Positions 1-10,402 are shown, numbered from the stretch's first letter. The stretch: 57,886 nucleotides of DNA from an uncultured Mucilaginibacter sp. (GCA_964657585.1 CAZZVY010000001.1:1-57886), one strand, 5' to 3'. Numbers and translations are program-made. The notes: a model not told the origin generated them from the letters alone.

Positions 1-1
1 C

Positions 2-364
2 TTCGTCAGTTACTTCGTCAGTATTTGACAATGTAGTTAACAAAGACCTTGTATGTGCTCCACTATTTTTTTCATTTAAAACCAGTGAAATAACTTTTGA
101 ATAGTGCCTTGATTTTGAATTTAAAACCATTACCACAAATCCAAATTCAATAAGATCATTAAGAACAGATTTGTAGGTATTGTATGAACCTATATTTAAT
201 TTCGTCATTGTAAACTCTGTTGGTAATCCAAACTTTTTAACTTGCCCAAGTCTATTCCATTGGTCAACCAAATAAAAATAGAAGTCTGAATGAATTGCGC
301 GCACTGTATCCGGGTGCTCGAATTTAAAGTCATACCAGTTGCGCGTTAAATCATACCCGGTCAT
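2..364 (-). CDS. Phage replication initiator-like protein, N-terminal part (runs off the window)
   Basis: Own translation: MTGYDLTRNWYDFKFEHP...FYFYLVDQWNRLG..KKFGLPT...YNTYKSVLNDLIEFGFV, a winged-helix-like N-terminus; CTTCGTCAGT is repeated at 1-22 inside the gene, iteron-like. Confidence 0.6.
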   Translation of the reverse strand, partial: MTGYDLTRNWYDFKFEHPDTVRAIHSDFYFYLVDQWNRLGQVKKFGLPTEFTMTKLNIGSYNTYKSVLNDLIEFGFVVMVLNSKSRHYSKVISLVLNEKNSGAHTRSLLTTLSNTDEVTDE

Positions 365-365
365 C

Positions 366-644
366 TTAAAGAGTTTTAAGGTGACTTTCTACCTGATTCT
401 TTAAAAGATTTTTACACCACGGCTGCTGTACAAGCCAGTGAAGATATTCTACTTCTTCTTTTGAAGTTAAAGACGAAATAAAACGATCCTTGTATTTTCC
501 GAAAAATATTTGAGGTGGTTTACCTTGAGGTAGGTTTTTAAGAAATTTATCACATCCATTACACCATGCAGTGTTTTGGTTAGTTTTCATAATTGTACGG
601 TAGTCGTTTATGCTACCGCAATGCTGACATATAATATCTTGCAT
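366..644 (-). CDS. Zn-ribbon plus FGKYK-motif (DUF3820/ExoX C-terminal-like) protein
   Basis: CxxC...CxxC followed by FFGKYKD...YLHWL. Confidence 0.55.
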   Translation of the reverse strand: MQDIICQHCGSINDYRTIMKTNQNTAWCNGCDKFLKNLPQGKPPQIFFGKYKDRFISSLTSKEEVEYLHWLVQQPWCKNLLKNQVESHLKTL

Positions 645-662
645 AAAATAAGTAAAAATAAT

Positions 663-750
663 AAAGCCCTTATCTTTGGTGATTGGAGCACCGCCGACAA
701 AGGCTTTTAGTTTCTTTTATAAACCGTTGCAAATATAATCATCCTCCAAT
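663..750 (-). promoter_or_regulatory. Structured leader upstream of the replication operon
   Basis: Hairpin at 663-707 (AAAGCCCTTATC...GACAAAGGCTTT); its loop ATTGGAG (682-688) is complementary to CTCCAAT (744-750). Confidence 0.4.
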
Positions 751-867
751 GATAATTAAAATGCTTTTATATTAAATACTGAAATTCAAATATAACTGAT
801 TGCTACGAACATATAAAATTTTATTTCAAAAAAATAATGCGCCCCAACCGAAGCGCATTATAAAAAA

Positions 868-1059
868 TCAACCTATTATAGTTATGCTGTCTATTTCATA
901 GCTAATCATATTGTTAAGAAGGTTTTTTGCTTCATAGACGGTAAAATCCTTGAGTGCTAAAAGAATTTTATCTTTAGCGTCTTTATTTCTTTGCATTAAC
1001 TTTTCATATCCCGGATCAATGCATGGTGTTGAGTTTTGATTATTTAAGTAGCTTTCCAT
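868..1059 (-). CDS. Hypothetical protein
   Basis: ORF in a co-directional operon. Confidence 0.55.
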   Translation of the reverse strand: MESYLNNQNSTPCIDPGYEKLMQRNKDAKDKILLALKDFTVYEAKNLLNNMISYEIDSITIIG

Positions 1060-1066
1060 ATTGTTT

Positions 1067-1528
1067 TTATTTTAAATTAAAAGGTATCTGTTCCATCGGT
1101 TCGGGTAAAATTAGTCCGCAGAAGTCTTGAGCGAACATTCTTATTTTTTCTGTAAACTCAAAACATTCCGTGGTGCTCATGTCACTTGTGTCCTGTATAT
1201 ACATTGCCTGCTCTCCTGTTACCTTATCGTAAATTGGGTCACCATCTTTGTCCAGTAAGGGTTTTTTGGCGTACAAAGCCTTAATTGTGGTCTTAACAGC
1301 ATCCAAATCATTCCCGGTATCATCAGCTATCATTTGGAGACACATGTGCATGTACGCGTTCTGATTGAGTTTGCGTGGCTTACGGCGGCTCTTAACCTCT
1401 ACAGTTATCTTTTCCTGGTTCTCAAACGCATCACGCAGTTCACGGTAAACGTATTTTGCGTTGGGAAAGGTTATAATACATTCGTTATCGCCGGTGTGGG
1501 TTATAAAGCCGTCATAGGTGCGTTTCAT
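1067..1528 (-). CDS. NinB/Orf-like recombination accessory protein
   Basis: R-x-L-N-Q-N-A-Y-M-H motif; C-terminal TSDMST..F.E.I..FA....G..LP pattern. Confidence 0.6.
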   Translation of the reverse strand: MKRTYDGFITHTGDNECIITFPNAKYVYRELRDAFENQEKITVEVKSRRKPRKLNQNAYMHMCLQMIADDTGNDLDAVKTTIKALYAKKPLLDKDGDPIYDKVTGEQAMYIQDTSDMSTTECFEFTEKIRMFAQDFCGLILPEPMEQIPFNLK

Positions 1529-1531
1529 AGT

Positions 1532-1780
1532 TTAATCTACCTTTTCGTAGGTCTGCCAAAAAATATCGGGCTTACAAGGATAAAATTCTCCGGATACGCC
1601 TTTGATAATAAAATCTCCAACTTGCGCGTAGTGATCACCCTCTAAGGTGCGGATAGTAATTCCTGATAAATGTTGGTGTGTTATACCTGAACACCACCCT
1701 GCAATTTCGTCTCTGCTTGATTGAGTATATTCAAGTTCTCTTGCCTCAATAATTACTGGTTTTTTTCTATATTTTGCCAT
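1532..1780 (-). CDS. Conserved phage protein (PGDYG-like)
   Basis: KYRKKPVIIEA...TLEG...GDFIIKGVSGEFYPCKPDIF..TYE. Confidence 0.75.
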   Translation of the reverse strand: MAKYRKKPVIIEARELEYTQSSRDEIAGWCSGITHQHLSGITIRTLEGDHYAQVGDFIIKGVSGEFYPCKPDIFWQTYEKVD

Positions 1781-1863
1781 ATTTCTTTTTTTGATATTGT
1801 TCCCAAGTGTAAACCTTTACTACGCCGATTGAGATAAGGTATATTATTCTTTCGGTCATATCT

Positions 1864-2154
1864 TTATTTTTTAAGATCATCTGTAGGAATAAGCCAAAGT
1901 AAATTACCGTTAAGGCTGTCAGGTTTTACCTTTGATAAAAGTGTGCCTTTAGACGGCCCCGTACACCTGCAATAATTAATGCCCGCTGCTTCATTGTAAT
2001 AGATTGAGTTAGCGTAAAGCGTATCCTTTGGCTGGAATACGCCTGTATTGAATATGTTTGGCTTTACGCGGTAGGTGTGCCCGGAAATGATTGATATATC
2101 GTCTTTTTTGCAGGCAGTTAATAAAAGTAATAAGATTATTGTCAGCTTTTTCAT
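1864..2154 (-). CDS. Putative lipoprotein
   Basis: MKK + hydrophobic stretch + LTAC lipobox. Confidence 0.65.
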   Translation of the reverse strand: MKKLTIILLLLLTACKKDDISIISGHTYRVKPNIFNTGVFQPKDTLYANSIYYNEAAGINYCRCTGPSKGTLLSKVKPDSLNGNLLWLIPTDDLKK

Positions 2155-2825
2155 ATTCCTTTAAGAAACTTATACAGTTCAAAATTCCATTTAGCATCAT
2201 CCAGGGCAGAGTGTTTGTTTTGTTGTTTAGGGTAATTTGGTAGTGCTTTTATTTTTTCAGCTGTTATCTTTAATGTAACTTCTTCTCCGGTTCCTTTCAT
2301 GCATTTTACACTTTCAGGATAATAAAAAGTTTCTATCTGTTCATCGAACATCTGCTTTAAGTCGCGGCAATACATTGGAAAGCCTTTCGGCAGGTCAATC
2401 ATTCTACCAAATAATGAACAGAAAACCACCCAATCATAGTCGGCGTAGTAAGCGTAAAATTCTGGGTTATCTGGTATTCTTGAATTAGCAAGAGGATTTG
2501 ATGTATTAGTATTTGGTTTTAACACATAGCAAAAGTTTTTTATTTCCTCCGCTATCTGCTTATTTGATTTATATAAATCAAATTTTTGATTGTAACCACC
2601 CCTAAAAGAAATTTTATATTCATTTTTTGGGGGTAATTTTGCTATCACGTTATCCTTAACCCATCTATCTGCATCCTTGGGATTAAATTCTGTACTAATG
2701 GCGTAATAACTTCTGCCGTCCTCGCAAACAATACCAATGCTGATTAAATCAATAAAGTGCCTGCGCTTGCCAAATAAGGGTTTGTGGAATCCTTCAATAA
2801 ACTCCGTATCAATAAAGTATTTCAT
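2151..2825 (-). CDS. DEDDh 3'-5' exonuclease (Rv2179c/DUF5051-like)
   Basis: YFIDTEF, LISIGIV, YADYDWV and HSALDDA motifs. Confidence 0.85.
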   Translation of the reverse strand: MKYFIDTEFIEGFHKPLFGKRRHFIDLISIGIVCEDGRSYYAISTEFNPKDADRWVKDNVIAKLPPKNEYKISFRGGYNQKFDLYKSNKQIAEEIKNFCYVLKPNTNTSNPLANSRIPDNPEFYAYYADYDWVVFCSLFGRMIDLPKGFPMYCRDLKQMFDEQIETFYYPESVKCMKGTGEEVTLKITAEKIKALPNYPKQQNKHSALDDAKWNFELYKFLKGI

Positions 2826-3010
2826 GTCTTAATTCTTCGTTTATAATTTATAGCCGCCTTAACCTGTTCTTTGGTTAATGAATACATTTCCGAAATAGTA
2901 TCAATAGTGTGAGACTCATACCAGAATTTTATACAAGAACAGGTTATTCTTGTCCCTCTTATAACAGGACTTCCACCGCATGTATGTTTGTTTCGCGCTA
3001 TTAAACTCAT
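2822..3010 (-). CDS. DUF433-family protein
   Basis: CGGSPVIRGTRI...Y.LTKEQVKAAINY. Confidence 0.75.
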   Translation of the reverse strand: MSLIARNKHTCGGSPVIRGTRITCSCIKFWYESHTIDTISEMYSLTKEQVKAAINYKRRIKT

Positions 3011-3239
3011 ATTGTTTTTAAATTTAAAAGTCTTTTTTGCAGCTAAACAACATTATTGATAACAGCAAAATCTGACATAATAATGCTAGATAGGTTAAAA
3101 ACCTTTTTATCTTTTCAGTCGTGGTCATAACTATTTTTTATCAATATGTTTTGTTGCCATATGTCGCCAACCTTGGGCTTGATGGTATTTTTACTCACGT
3201 TTTATTTTTTAATTTATTTTTTCTTATCTACCTGAACTG

Positions 3240-3737
3240 TCATTTTGGTTTCGATACCGGGCCTACAATTACATTTTCTGGATATTTATTCAACCTTGAT
3301 CCTTTAAAAATAAACTTAGGGTTGATCCAATAAACTTCCTTAAGAAGCGGATTTGAGTGTGCATATATGTAATTATTGTCGCATAACACCCTTATCGCCT
3401 CTTTATAAGTGTTCAGAGACTTTATTTTCATCTTGTTCATATATACCACCCTGTCAACCCAAATAATGTCCTGTGCAGGCTCTATTGCGTGAATAAGCCA
3501 TAAATAAAACTCTTTACATCTAACAGGTAGTTCGTTAACCTCCTTTTTATTTCCCTTTATATCGAAAACTTTTGTATAAGGTGTTTTTTCTAACTCGTAT
3601 TCCTTGACATCCTGTTGATCGAACTTATTTAAAACCTTAAAACTTTTATGAATTACCGGTATTTCCAACCAGTTTGTAAAAGGATTTTTACCTATGTTTT
3701 CAGGACTTAAATCAGGTTTACTTATCTGTCTTGCCAT
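3240..3737 (-). CDS. RepL-like winged-helix DNA-binding protein
   Basis: HTH followed by YWINPKFIFKG. Confidence 0.5.
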   Translation of the reverse strand: MARQISKPDLSPENIGKNPFTNWLEIPVIHKSFKVLNKFDQQDVKEYELEKTPYTKVFDIKGNKKEVNELPVRCKEFYLWLIHAIEPAQDIIWVDRVVYMNKMKIKSLNTYKEAIRVLCDNNYIYAHSNPLLKEVYWINPKFIFKGSRLNKYPENVIVGPVSKPK

Positions 3738-3991
3738 TAATTATATCTTGCTTTATGTATATCTGTTATAAATTCTTGAGCATTTATAACTTTTTTATTT
3801 TCTTTTATATTCTTACCAAGCAATGCAAGCGATAACATTTCATCAAATGTACATTGCTTTAAAAAATCATCAACAACCATGTCGTTAATATATCTGACCC
3901 CATCAACAACTTTAACGTTATATTCTTTCCCGGCAAGTTTTACAACCCCGACATAATTTTTATCCATAAACCAAAGGTAATAAAAATACAT
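3737..3991 (-). CDS. Hypothetical protein
   Basis: ORF coupled to the next gene; start uncertain. Confidence 0.5.
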   Translation of the reverse strand: MYFYYLWFMDKNYVGVVKLAGKEYNVKVVDGVRYINDMVVDDFLKQCTFDEMLSLALLGKNIKENKKVINAQEFITDIHKARYN

Positions 3992-4033
3992 TACATTATA
4001 TCAACCTATTGATAAAATATTTATATTTGTTTT

Positions 4034-4813
4034 ATGGGTTATGAAAATGTAGTGTCGAGAAGGGCAACGAATAATAATAAGTTAAAACCCCGTCCGCAGA
4101 AAAATATGGATAATTTTACAGAAAAAACAAAAAAAGAGGCTAAGCAAGAAAAAAATAAGTCGTTATATCAGACTAATCCCACAATGAATAGTGAGTTTTT
4201 TGTTTATATGGTTGATGGTGAAAAAAGGTTTTACGATTTTTACAGAGATTTAAACACTGACTTTAAAGGCCACACCAATGTTATTTACCTGGGAATAGGC
4301 AGTCCACTTGATACTTTTTACGAAAAACATAAGGATTGGCCTAATTGTTATCAAGCTAAAAAGGGTCAGCGGTTAATTTATCTTTCCGGCGGGAAGCGAA
4401 TTTATTTTAAAACATCAAAGTCTAAAGATTATTTTGAGCAGGTACTAAAGGCTAAGGATGTAGTTTTTATAGGGGAAACTAATTATGTTCACGGCGAAAA
4501 TAACTTTGAAATAAAAATAAAACAGTCTTGTATTACCAATCTTAAATGCGTTTATTGTGAAACTGCTTTAATATCCGGCAGCAATACTCTTTCTAACTCA
4601 AAAACAAAAGATCATGTTATTCCACGCCATAAAGGCGGTAGGGTTGTTAGATGGTGCTGTTTAGCCTGTAATCAGGAAAAGGGTGGACTAATGTTACATT
4701 CGTATATTCAGTTGTTAAATCTTAAAATAGGCGACGCGAAAGGTTCGGACATTGACCTATTGCAAATAAAAATTAAAAATGCCAATAAACTTGCCATTGA
4801 AATAAACAAATAA
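4034..4813 (+). CDS. Protein with C-terminal HNH endonuclease domain
   Basis: CVYC...TKDHVIPR..GG...CLACNQEKG; TATATTTG box at 4022-4029. Confidence 0.75.
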   Translation: MGYENVVSRRATNNNKLKPRPQKNMDNFTEKTKKEAKQEKNKSLYQTNPTMNSEFFVYMVDGEKRFYDFYRDLNTDFKGHTNVIYLGIGSPLDTFYEKHKDWPNCYQAKKGQRLIYLSGGKRIYFKTSKSKDYFEQVLKAKDVVFIGETNYVHGENNFEIKIKQSCITNLKCVYCETALISGSNTLSNSKTKDHVIPRHKGGRVVRWCCLACNQEKGGLMLHSYIQLLNLKIGDAKGSDIDLLQIKIKNANKLAIEINK

Positions 4814-4842
4814 CATTACCCTACCATCTTGTCGATACTACC

Positions 4843-4878
4843 AAGGCCCCAATATTATCCTATCGGGGCCTTTTACTT
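4843..4878 (+). terminator. Intrinsic terminator
   Basis: AAGGCCCC...GGGGCCTT followed by a T-rich run. Confidence 0.55.
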
Positions 4879-4928
4879 TAATACTAATCAATTAGTTTTT
4901 ATAAAAACCTACATCAACGTATTGATAG

Positions 4929-4998
4929 TTTACCTATAAATTTATTAATTATTTTGTCAATACATTAAATAGCCTTTTTACCTATAATTTACCTATAA
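4929..4998 (+). repeat. Three direct copies of TTTACCTATAA
   Basis: Copies at 4929-4939, 4977-4987 and 4988-4998. Confidence 0.75.
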
Positions 4999-5805
4999 AT
5001 ATCATGCGATGATCTGGTCGGTATGTATATTAGAAAGGTTTTCATTATACACCATATCCCAATCAACCTATATAATTTCAGGTACTGTTTTTTAAGGCAA
5101 CTTTTTATTTAAAGTAGGTATAGCCTTACCTCGCGTAACAAATATATATTATGGCTATTTACTGTGAAGATAACGCCCCCTAATCAAGCCCACCCCGCCA
5201 CCCTAAAGGATCGAAACCATTTTAACCGGGTGCCCTTGTAAGTTTTAAACCTGTTTAACCTTGTTTTAAGCAAGCAAAAGGAATTGTTTGTAATAGAATA
5301 ACCCTTTTTATTATTGTCGCTTAGAAACGATCCTATTACTTCTCTTTAATGGTTTACTCTTTTGGTTACTGGCAGAAAGGATTAGCGGTAGAATAACTTT
5401 AAGTTATACAGTTTCATATGTAGTATTATGTTAACCAGGATTTAGCCCTTTTGCCATTACTTTTGGTTATATCATTTTACTCCCAACCGATTCAGGATTT
5501 TATCGCTTTTTAACCCTCTTCTAAGGGGGCTTAGTATATTGAGTTTTTGTTGTTAGTTGCTGAGTATCAGGGAGTTAAACCACCAACCAACCAACAAAAA
5601 ACACACATTTTCGCTGATTATACCTAAAGCCAATAAGATAATGGATAATTATTAAGTTATTAATTAGCTGTAATTGGCAATAACTAATTTATTGAGAACG
5701 GATTAGGTAATTTAATATGTAATAGTATTTTGAGAATATATAAGAGGTGTTACCTGCCACCCGGCTTAATGTCAACCTTTAGATTAAGTACATTACAAAT
5801 GTCAA

Positions 5806-6213
5806 TTAATCGCTTAACTGTGATTGAATAGATCGTAACATTTTATTTGCTTTTAACAAGGGATTATTTGGAGTGTTTATGCGGTTTAATAAATCAGGAT
5901 AACGTTTAAGATAATAATTAATCCACTTTCTTTCTGCGACTTTCATATCAGCATCATAATCACTAAATGTTTCAATCATGCAAAAAAGTGGGAATAATCC
6001 CTGTTTTATTATATCTTTAATCCAATAAGAAACAGGTGTTTTAGATTTTGTTGTACTGCAAATATGAACCAATATTCTTAATTGTGCATCTTGACATTGG
6101 CCGACATAAACAACTTTATGGGTTATTGGACATACTATTATATAAACTCCCTTAATGCCTTTTAAATAATAAAACCGACTTTCCTTAGATTTTGCTCTCA
6201 TTATTTTATACAA
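5806..6213 (-). CDS. GIY-YIG endonuclease
   Basis: GVYII...VYVGQ...R...H...E..WI...LLN. Confidence 0.75.
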   Translation of the reverse strand: MYKIMRAKSKESRFYYLKGIKGVYIIVCPITHKVVYVGQCQDAQLRILVHICSTTKSKTPVSYWIKDIIKQGLFPLFCMIETFSDYDADMKVAERKWINYYLKRYPDLLNRINTPNNPLLKANKMLRSIQSQLSD

Positions 6214-6355
6214 GTGTTAATATAGCCTGTGTAAGACTGTTAAACTTAGCGGTTAATAGATTATACTGCTTTGGCGTTAAAGAGACGCTATAAGCAGTCT
6301 TTTTGTCGTTCTGGTCAACCTTTGGCCGTCCTGCCTTTTTCTTAATTGCTTCCAT
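6206..6355 (-). CDS. Small DNA-binding protein (GRP motif, RHH-like), 49 aa, not in the ORF track
   Basis: MEAIKKKAGRPKVDQNDKKTAYSVSLTPKQYNLLTAKFNSLTQAILTLV; promoter box directly upstream. Confidence 0.6.
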   Translation of the reverse strand: MEAIKKKAGRPKVDQNDKKTAYSVSLTPKQYNLLTAKFNSLTQAILTLV

Positions 6356-6360
6356 GAATA

Positions 6361-6465
6361 CAAATGTAATAAAAATATAGATTAATTAAATTATTAATGT
6401 AATTATTTAGAATCATTACAAATTGCAATTAAATTATGAAACTAATTAAATATAATTTACATTTG
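6361..6465. promoter_or_regulatory. Divergent Bacteroidota-type promoters
   Basis: TACATTTG on the minus strand (6361-6368) and the plus strand (6458-6465), separated by an AT-rich spacer at the strand switch. Confidence 0.7.
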
Positions 6466-6508
6466 TATTGTCGTTACGATGAAGTGACGATTTAAAGCTT
6501 GACGGCAA

Positions 6509-6742
6509 ATGAAAAATATTACAATCAAATCAGTAGAACGTACACTTGAGTATAAGGGTGTTAAATATGTAATGTGCCCAACACAAGATATTAAACACAC
6601 AGCATTTTCAAAAGAATTTTTAGGTTACAAGACTATTTGTGCAACAACTAAAATTCACAAATCATTGCAAGGTGTTCGTGATATTCATGGCAATTATTAC
6701 AAAGGTTCTCAATTCTTATACGTATCAGAACAACGATATTAA
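6509..6742 (+). CDS. Hypothetical early protein
   Basis: First ORF after the promoter. Confidence 0.6.
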   Translation: MKNITIKSVERTLEYKGVKYVMCPTQDIKHTAFSKEFLGYKTICATTKIHKSLQGVRDIHGNYYKGSQFLYVSEQRY

Positions 6743-6858
6743 CCCGATAAGCTCGTCAAGCGCGGGTTCAATCTGCCAGCCTCGCTATTAATTGTTAACT
6801 CAATTTAGCGGGGATATGGCAGTAGTCAATCAAGGCAAATTAAAAAACGTATCAAAAG

Positions 6859-7281
6859 ATGAAAGAGCCAATAACTTACAGAACTTTTACAGAACAAGAA
6901 AAAAACGAGTTTATAGTCTTAACTTATTTAGGGTATAAAATAGAAAAAGAACCGCTTGGTAGCGGAGAGTGGTTTTCTTATACAGGTGGCGGCCGTAGTA
7001 TTAATAGTTATGGCAGCGAAGATGAAACTTATTTAACTATAGTAAATGAAATGATAAAAAGGTCTTCTATTATGGCGGAATACAGGGTTACAAAAAATTG
7101 GGATAGGCTTATTCCGGTAATTAAAAAATTAAGACGCGAACAGAATTATACTGAAAAATTTAAAAACCAATTAAATAAAGTTGATTATTGGCTTAATAAA
7201 TTAGATATTGATATGTGCTCGCGTTACGTTGCTGGCTCAATAAATGTCCTTAATGGAAAGGATGTCGCTTATCCAATTTAA
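6859..7281 (+). CDS. Hypothetical early protein
   Basis: ORF with A-rich leader; WDRLIPVIKK motif seen in phage proteins. Confidence 0.65.
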   Translation: MKEPITYRTFTEQEKNEFIVLTYLGYKIEKEPLGSGEWFSYTGGGRSINSYGSEDETYLTIVNEMIKRSSIMAEYRVTKNWDRLIPVIKKLRREQNYTEKFKNQLNKVDYWLNKLDIDMCSRYVAGSINVLNGKDVAYPI

Positions 7282-7386
7282 AAACACTCTGATTTGCCTT
7301 GATACGTTATCAGGGTCTGCCAGCGCAACGATCTTAGGGTCTTGTGCTATTGGCAGTATAAAACAATTAATAAATAACCCTCACGT

Positions 7387-7632
7387 ATGAAAACTACAAA
7401 TAGTAAAAGAACCTATGAATTAATCATGGTTGAAGGCGGCGGCGAATTTAATATAATCCGCAACATTAGTATTGATAAAATATTATTTCCATCGGAATAT
7501 GATTGGGAATATATATATGCCTTAAATGACTTAACCGACAAAATACTTGATTTAAAAGACGGAAGTTCATTATATTTTCAACCTAATAGGGATAATTACA
7601 ATACAAAAGGTATTATATTGAGGAAGTCATAA
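7387..7632 (+). CDS. Hypothetical early protein
   Basis: ORF with A-rich leader. Confidence 0.6.
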   Translation: MKTTNSKRTYELIMVEGGGEFNIIRNISIDKILFPSEYDWEYIYALNDLTDKILDLKDGSSLYFQPNRDNYNTKGIILRKS

Positions 7633-7840
7633 TTATTTAGCCATGCCATTTGAACACTACGAAATTGACGACCTTTTAAACGCTGTTAACTGTCTCCTTG
7701 ATATACAACGCCTTGCTGGTGCATGGAATGATTACCCTGAACTATTTCCACCGATAAGGATATACAAGGAAACATTATTGCTAATGGCAGAATTATTTAT
7801 CAATTAACATATTTCTAACTCATTTAACCTCACTAAAAAA

Positions 7841-8269
7841 ATGAAAACTAAACAACAAACCGCGTTAATCGCAGCAATGAAAGCCGGTAAATTAGAAAAC
7901 CAGGCTCAACAAAATTTAATCTTTAAAATCCTAAACGGAGCCGATAGCAATATTAAAGAAGAAGTTAAAGACTTTTTTCGCAATTCTGAATTTGAAGGAT
8001 TTGAATTGGCTGAAGACCAAATACAAAAAGGTTACGATTGGCTTAAAAACCTTTGGGTAACCCCTGCAGGAGCTGAACGCAAAAATAATCCCTATGGATA
8101 CCGGGAACAAGATGCGCTGGAAAATTTTAGCCATATAACACTAAAAGGCTATTATGATGCCGGTAATTACTCACATTCTTATTACGTCCCTCTTTACGAT
8201 GTTCATACTAAAGATGGATATGGTTTTGAATACCATATGGTAAATGGGACTATTTCAATAGTTGGATAA
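7841..8269 (+). CDS. Hypothetical early protein
   Basis: ORF with A-rich leader. Confidence 0.7.
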   Translation: MKTKQQTALIAAMKAGKLENQAQQNLIFKILNGADSNIKEEVKDFFRNSEFEGFELAEDQIQKGYDWLKNLWVTPAGAERKNNPYGYREQDALENFSHITLKGYYDAGNYSHSYYVPLYDVHTKDGYGFEYHMVNGTISIVG

Positions 8270-8518
8270 CGACCTTGTGACCAAGCGGTGAGGCGCAAAC
8301 CTCGCAAGCTTTTAGCCTGTCTCCTTTCAAGGAACAGGCTTTTGGTGGTGAAAGCTGATTACAATTTAGTAACAGTTAAAAACTGTTTTTAAAATATTGA
8401 CCGATATTTTTAAAGAAGTTCAAAAGGAAACATCAAGATATAAAGAATATGCTTAAATAGTAAATTTTAAGCCCCTCACACCCACTTGAATCTAAGCACA
8501 ATTTAAAAAAATATAATC

Positions 8519-9247
8519 ATGAATGGTATTTTAATTGATTTATTTGATTACTCCGGAAATGCAGCTGATCCATACCGCAAAGCCGGATGGGAGGTTATAC
8601 AAATTGATATAAAACTTGGTGTTGACATTTTGACTTGGAATTACAAGAAAGAAATAACTAAAGCAGTTAACGAAAACTGGTTTTATTCAACAATGCCTAA
8701 AATTGGCTTATTAGCCGCGATACCATGTACAGATTATGCACTTTCCGGCGCAGCGCACTTTGCGAAAAAAGATATTGATGGCCGTACAGCTAAAAGTCAG
8801 TTATTAGTAGATAAGGTTTATGAAATAAAAAAGTTTTTAGAAGATTATTTTGCCATTAATTTTTGGCGTGTAGAAAACCCCATGAGCAGAATACACAAAC
8901 TTAATACATGGCTTGGCCCGGTAAAGTTTAAATTCAACCCCTGCGATTTTAGCGGTTATTTAGATACCACAGAAGCAGAACGGGCACGGCTATATGAAAT
9001 CGGTGAACGCATGGATATGTCAACAGCTAAAAAAGAAGACATAAAAAAAATATTAGATGCTAATTTGTACAATAAACAAACCTGGCTATGGGGTAATTTC
9101 AATATACCTGCATTAAAATACAATCAACCCGTATACAAGGAATTTCCGGGACACATACTCTATGGAGGTAAATCAGAAGCGACTAAAGAAAAACGCTCCG
9201 TTGATCCCAAAGGTTTTTGCATGGCATTTTATGAAGCAAACCACTAA
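8519..9247 (+). CDS. Compact phage DNA cytosine-C5 methyltransferase-like protein
   Basis: LFDYSG (motif I), IDI, IPCT (catalytic PC), VENP, K.T.LWG. Confidence 0.7.
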   Translation: MNGILIDLFDYSGNAADPYRKAGWEVIQIDIKLGVDILTWNYKKEITKAVNENWFYSTMPKIGLLAAIPCTDYALSGAAHFAKKDIDGRTAKSQLLVDKVYEIKKFLEDYFAINFWRVENPMSRIHKLNTWLGPVKFKFNPCDFSGYLDTTEAERARLYEIGERMDMSTAKKEDIKKILDANLYNKQTWLWGNFNIPALKYNQPVYKEFPGHILYGGKSEATKEKRSVDPKGFCMAFYEANH

Positions 9248-9356
9248 ACCAACATAGCGGTATTTTTAATCCTCTCACACCCCCTTTTACTAAAAAAGAC
9301 AATACATAACACCAATAAATAATAAAATGCCTGTAATGGCTTTAAAATAGCTTAAA

Positions 9357-9704
9357 ATGAAAAATAGAAAATTGACTTTAGAGGAGTTATCTCCTTATTT
9401 GCCTTATGGACTGCAATGTATGACTAAGGATAAATCAGGGCAAATTTGGGTTTTATGTTGCGAAAATATTAAACACGCAATGCAATGGTGGAAGCCTTTA
9501 CTATTACCATTATCTGAATTTAATAATAGTGCCGCTGACAATGAAATATTTGAAATAGGGCAGCTTTATTCAAGTGTTGAATTAAATGAAATAAGTGAGT
9601 TTCCCTATTGGCAAATAAAAATCTTACTTAAACATCACTTTGACGTTTTCGGCCTTATTGAAGATGGATTAGCTATTAATAAATTAACCGTTAACGCACT
9701 ATAA
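9357..9704 (+). CDS. Conserved Bacteroidota phage protein
   Basis: LSPYLPYGL...KPLLLPLS...HFDVFGLIE.GLA pattern. Confidence 0.65.
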   Translation: MKNRKLTLEELSPYLPYGLQCMTKDKSGQIWVLCCENIKHAMQWWKPLLLPLSEFNNSAADNEIFEIGQLYSSVELNEISEFPYWQIKILLKHHFDVFGLIEDGLAINKLTVNAL

Positions 9705-9717
9705 ACATTATACTTTT

Positions 9718-9987
9718 ATGAATAAAAAGAAAATTATTCTTATTGGTGTAAGCGGTATTGATATTGCGCAAAAGGCGTTAAAAGAACTCTATGAGGATTT
9801 TGAAATAATTAAATTAACACCTGGTGAATTTGACGCCGAATATGCTAAAATTGATATGAAACCTTTAAAGCGGGATATTATTTTAAAACCAGTTGATCTA
9901 AATGATGATTTTGATTTTACAGAGCCGGTTAAGGGTCAATATTGCCCTAAAACTACATCCAAAAAACATAAGAAAAGATATTATTAA
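9718..9987 (+). CDS. Hypothetical protein
   Basis: ORF in operon. Confidence 0.55.
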   Translation: MNKKKIILIGVSGIDIAQKALKELYEDFEIIKLTPGEFDAEYAKIDMKPLKRDIILKPVDLNDDFDFTEPVKGQYCPKTTSKKHKKRYY

Positions 9988-10402
9988 TCCCGGCGCAGGT
10001 TTATAAACATTAACACCTATTTCCGAACAGCGCGACTAAAATTTATACATTGAAACTAATTTACTAAAGATATGAAAACAAACCAATATATCAAAGAACT
10101 TGAAATAGTTATAGAAAGACAGCAAAAGGAAATTGAAAAGATAAATCAAAATATTGGGACTATATGCGACAACTTAGTTATACTAACTAACGCTATTTCA
10201 GTATTACAAGATGCAAACTTAAAATTACTTAACCAATGAAAAAACTATACACCCTGTATTACGACTGGATCGGAGGATCAAGGCTAATACACAGCTATAA
10301 CCTGTTTGACCTTAGCCAGCATATTGATAAACTTTTAGAAGAACCTAACATCATTCATCAAGTGTTGTTATTGAAACAAGGGAGGTGGAAGCGTAAAAGA
10401 CC

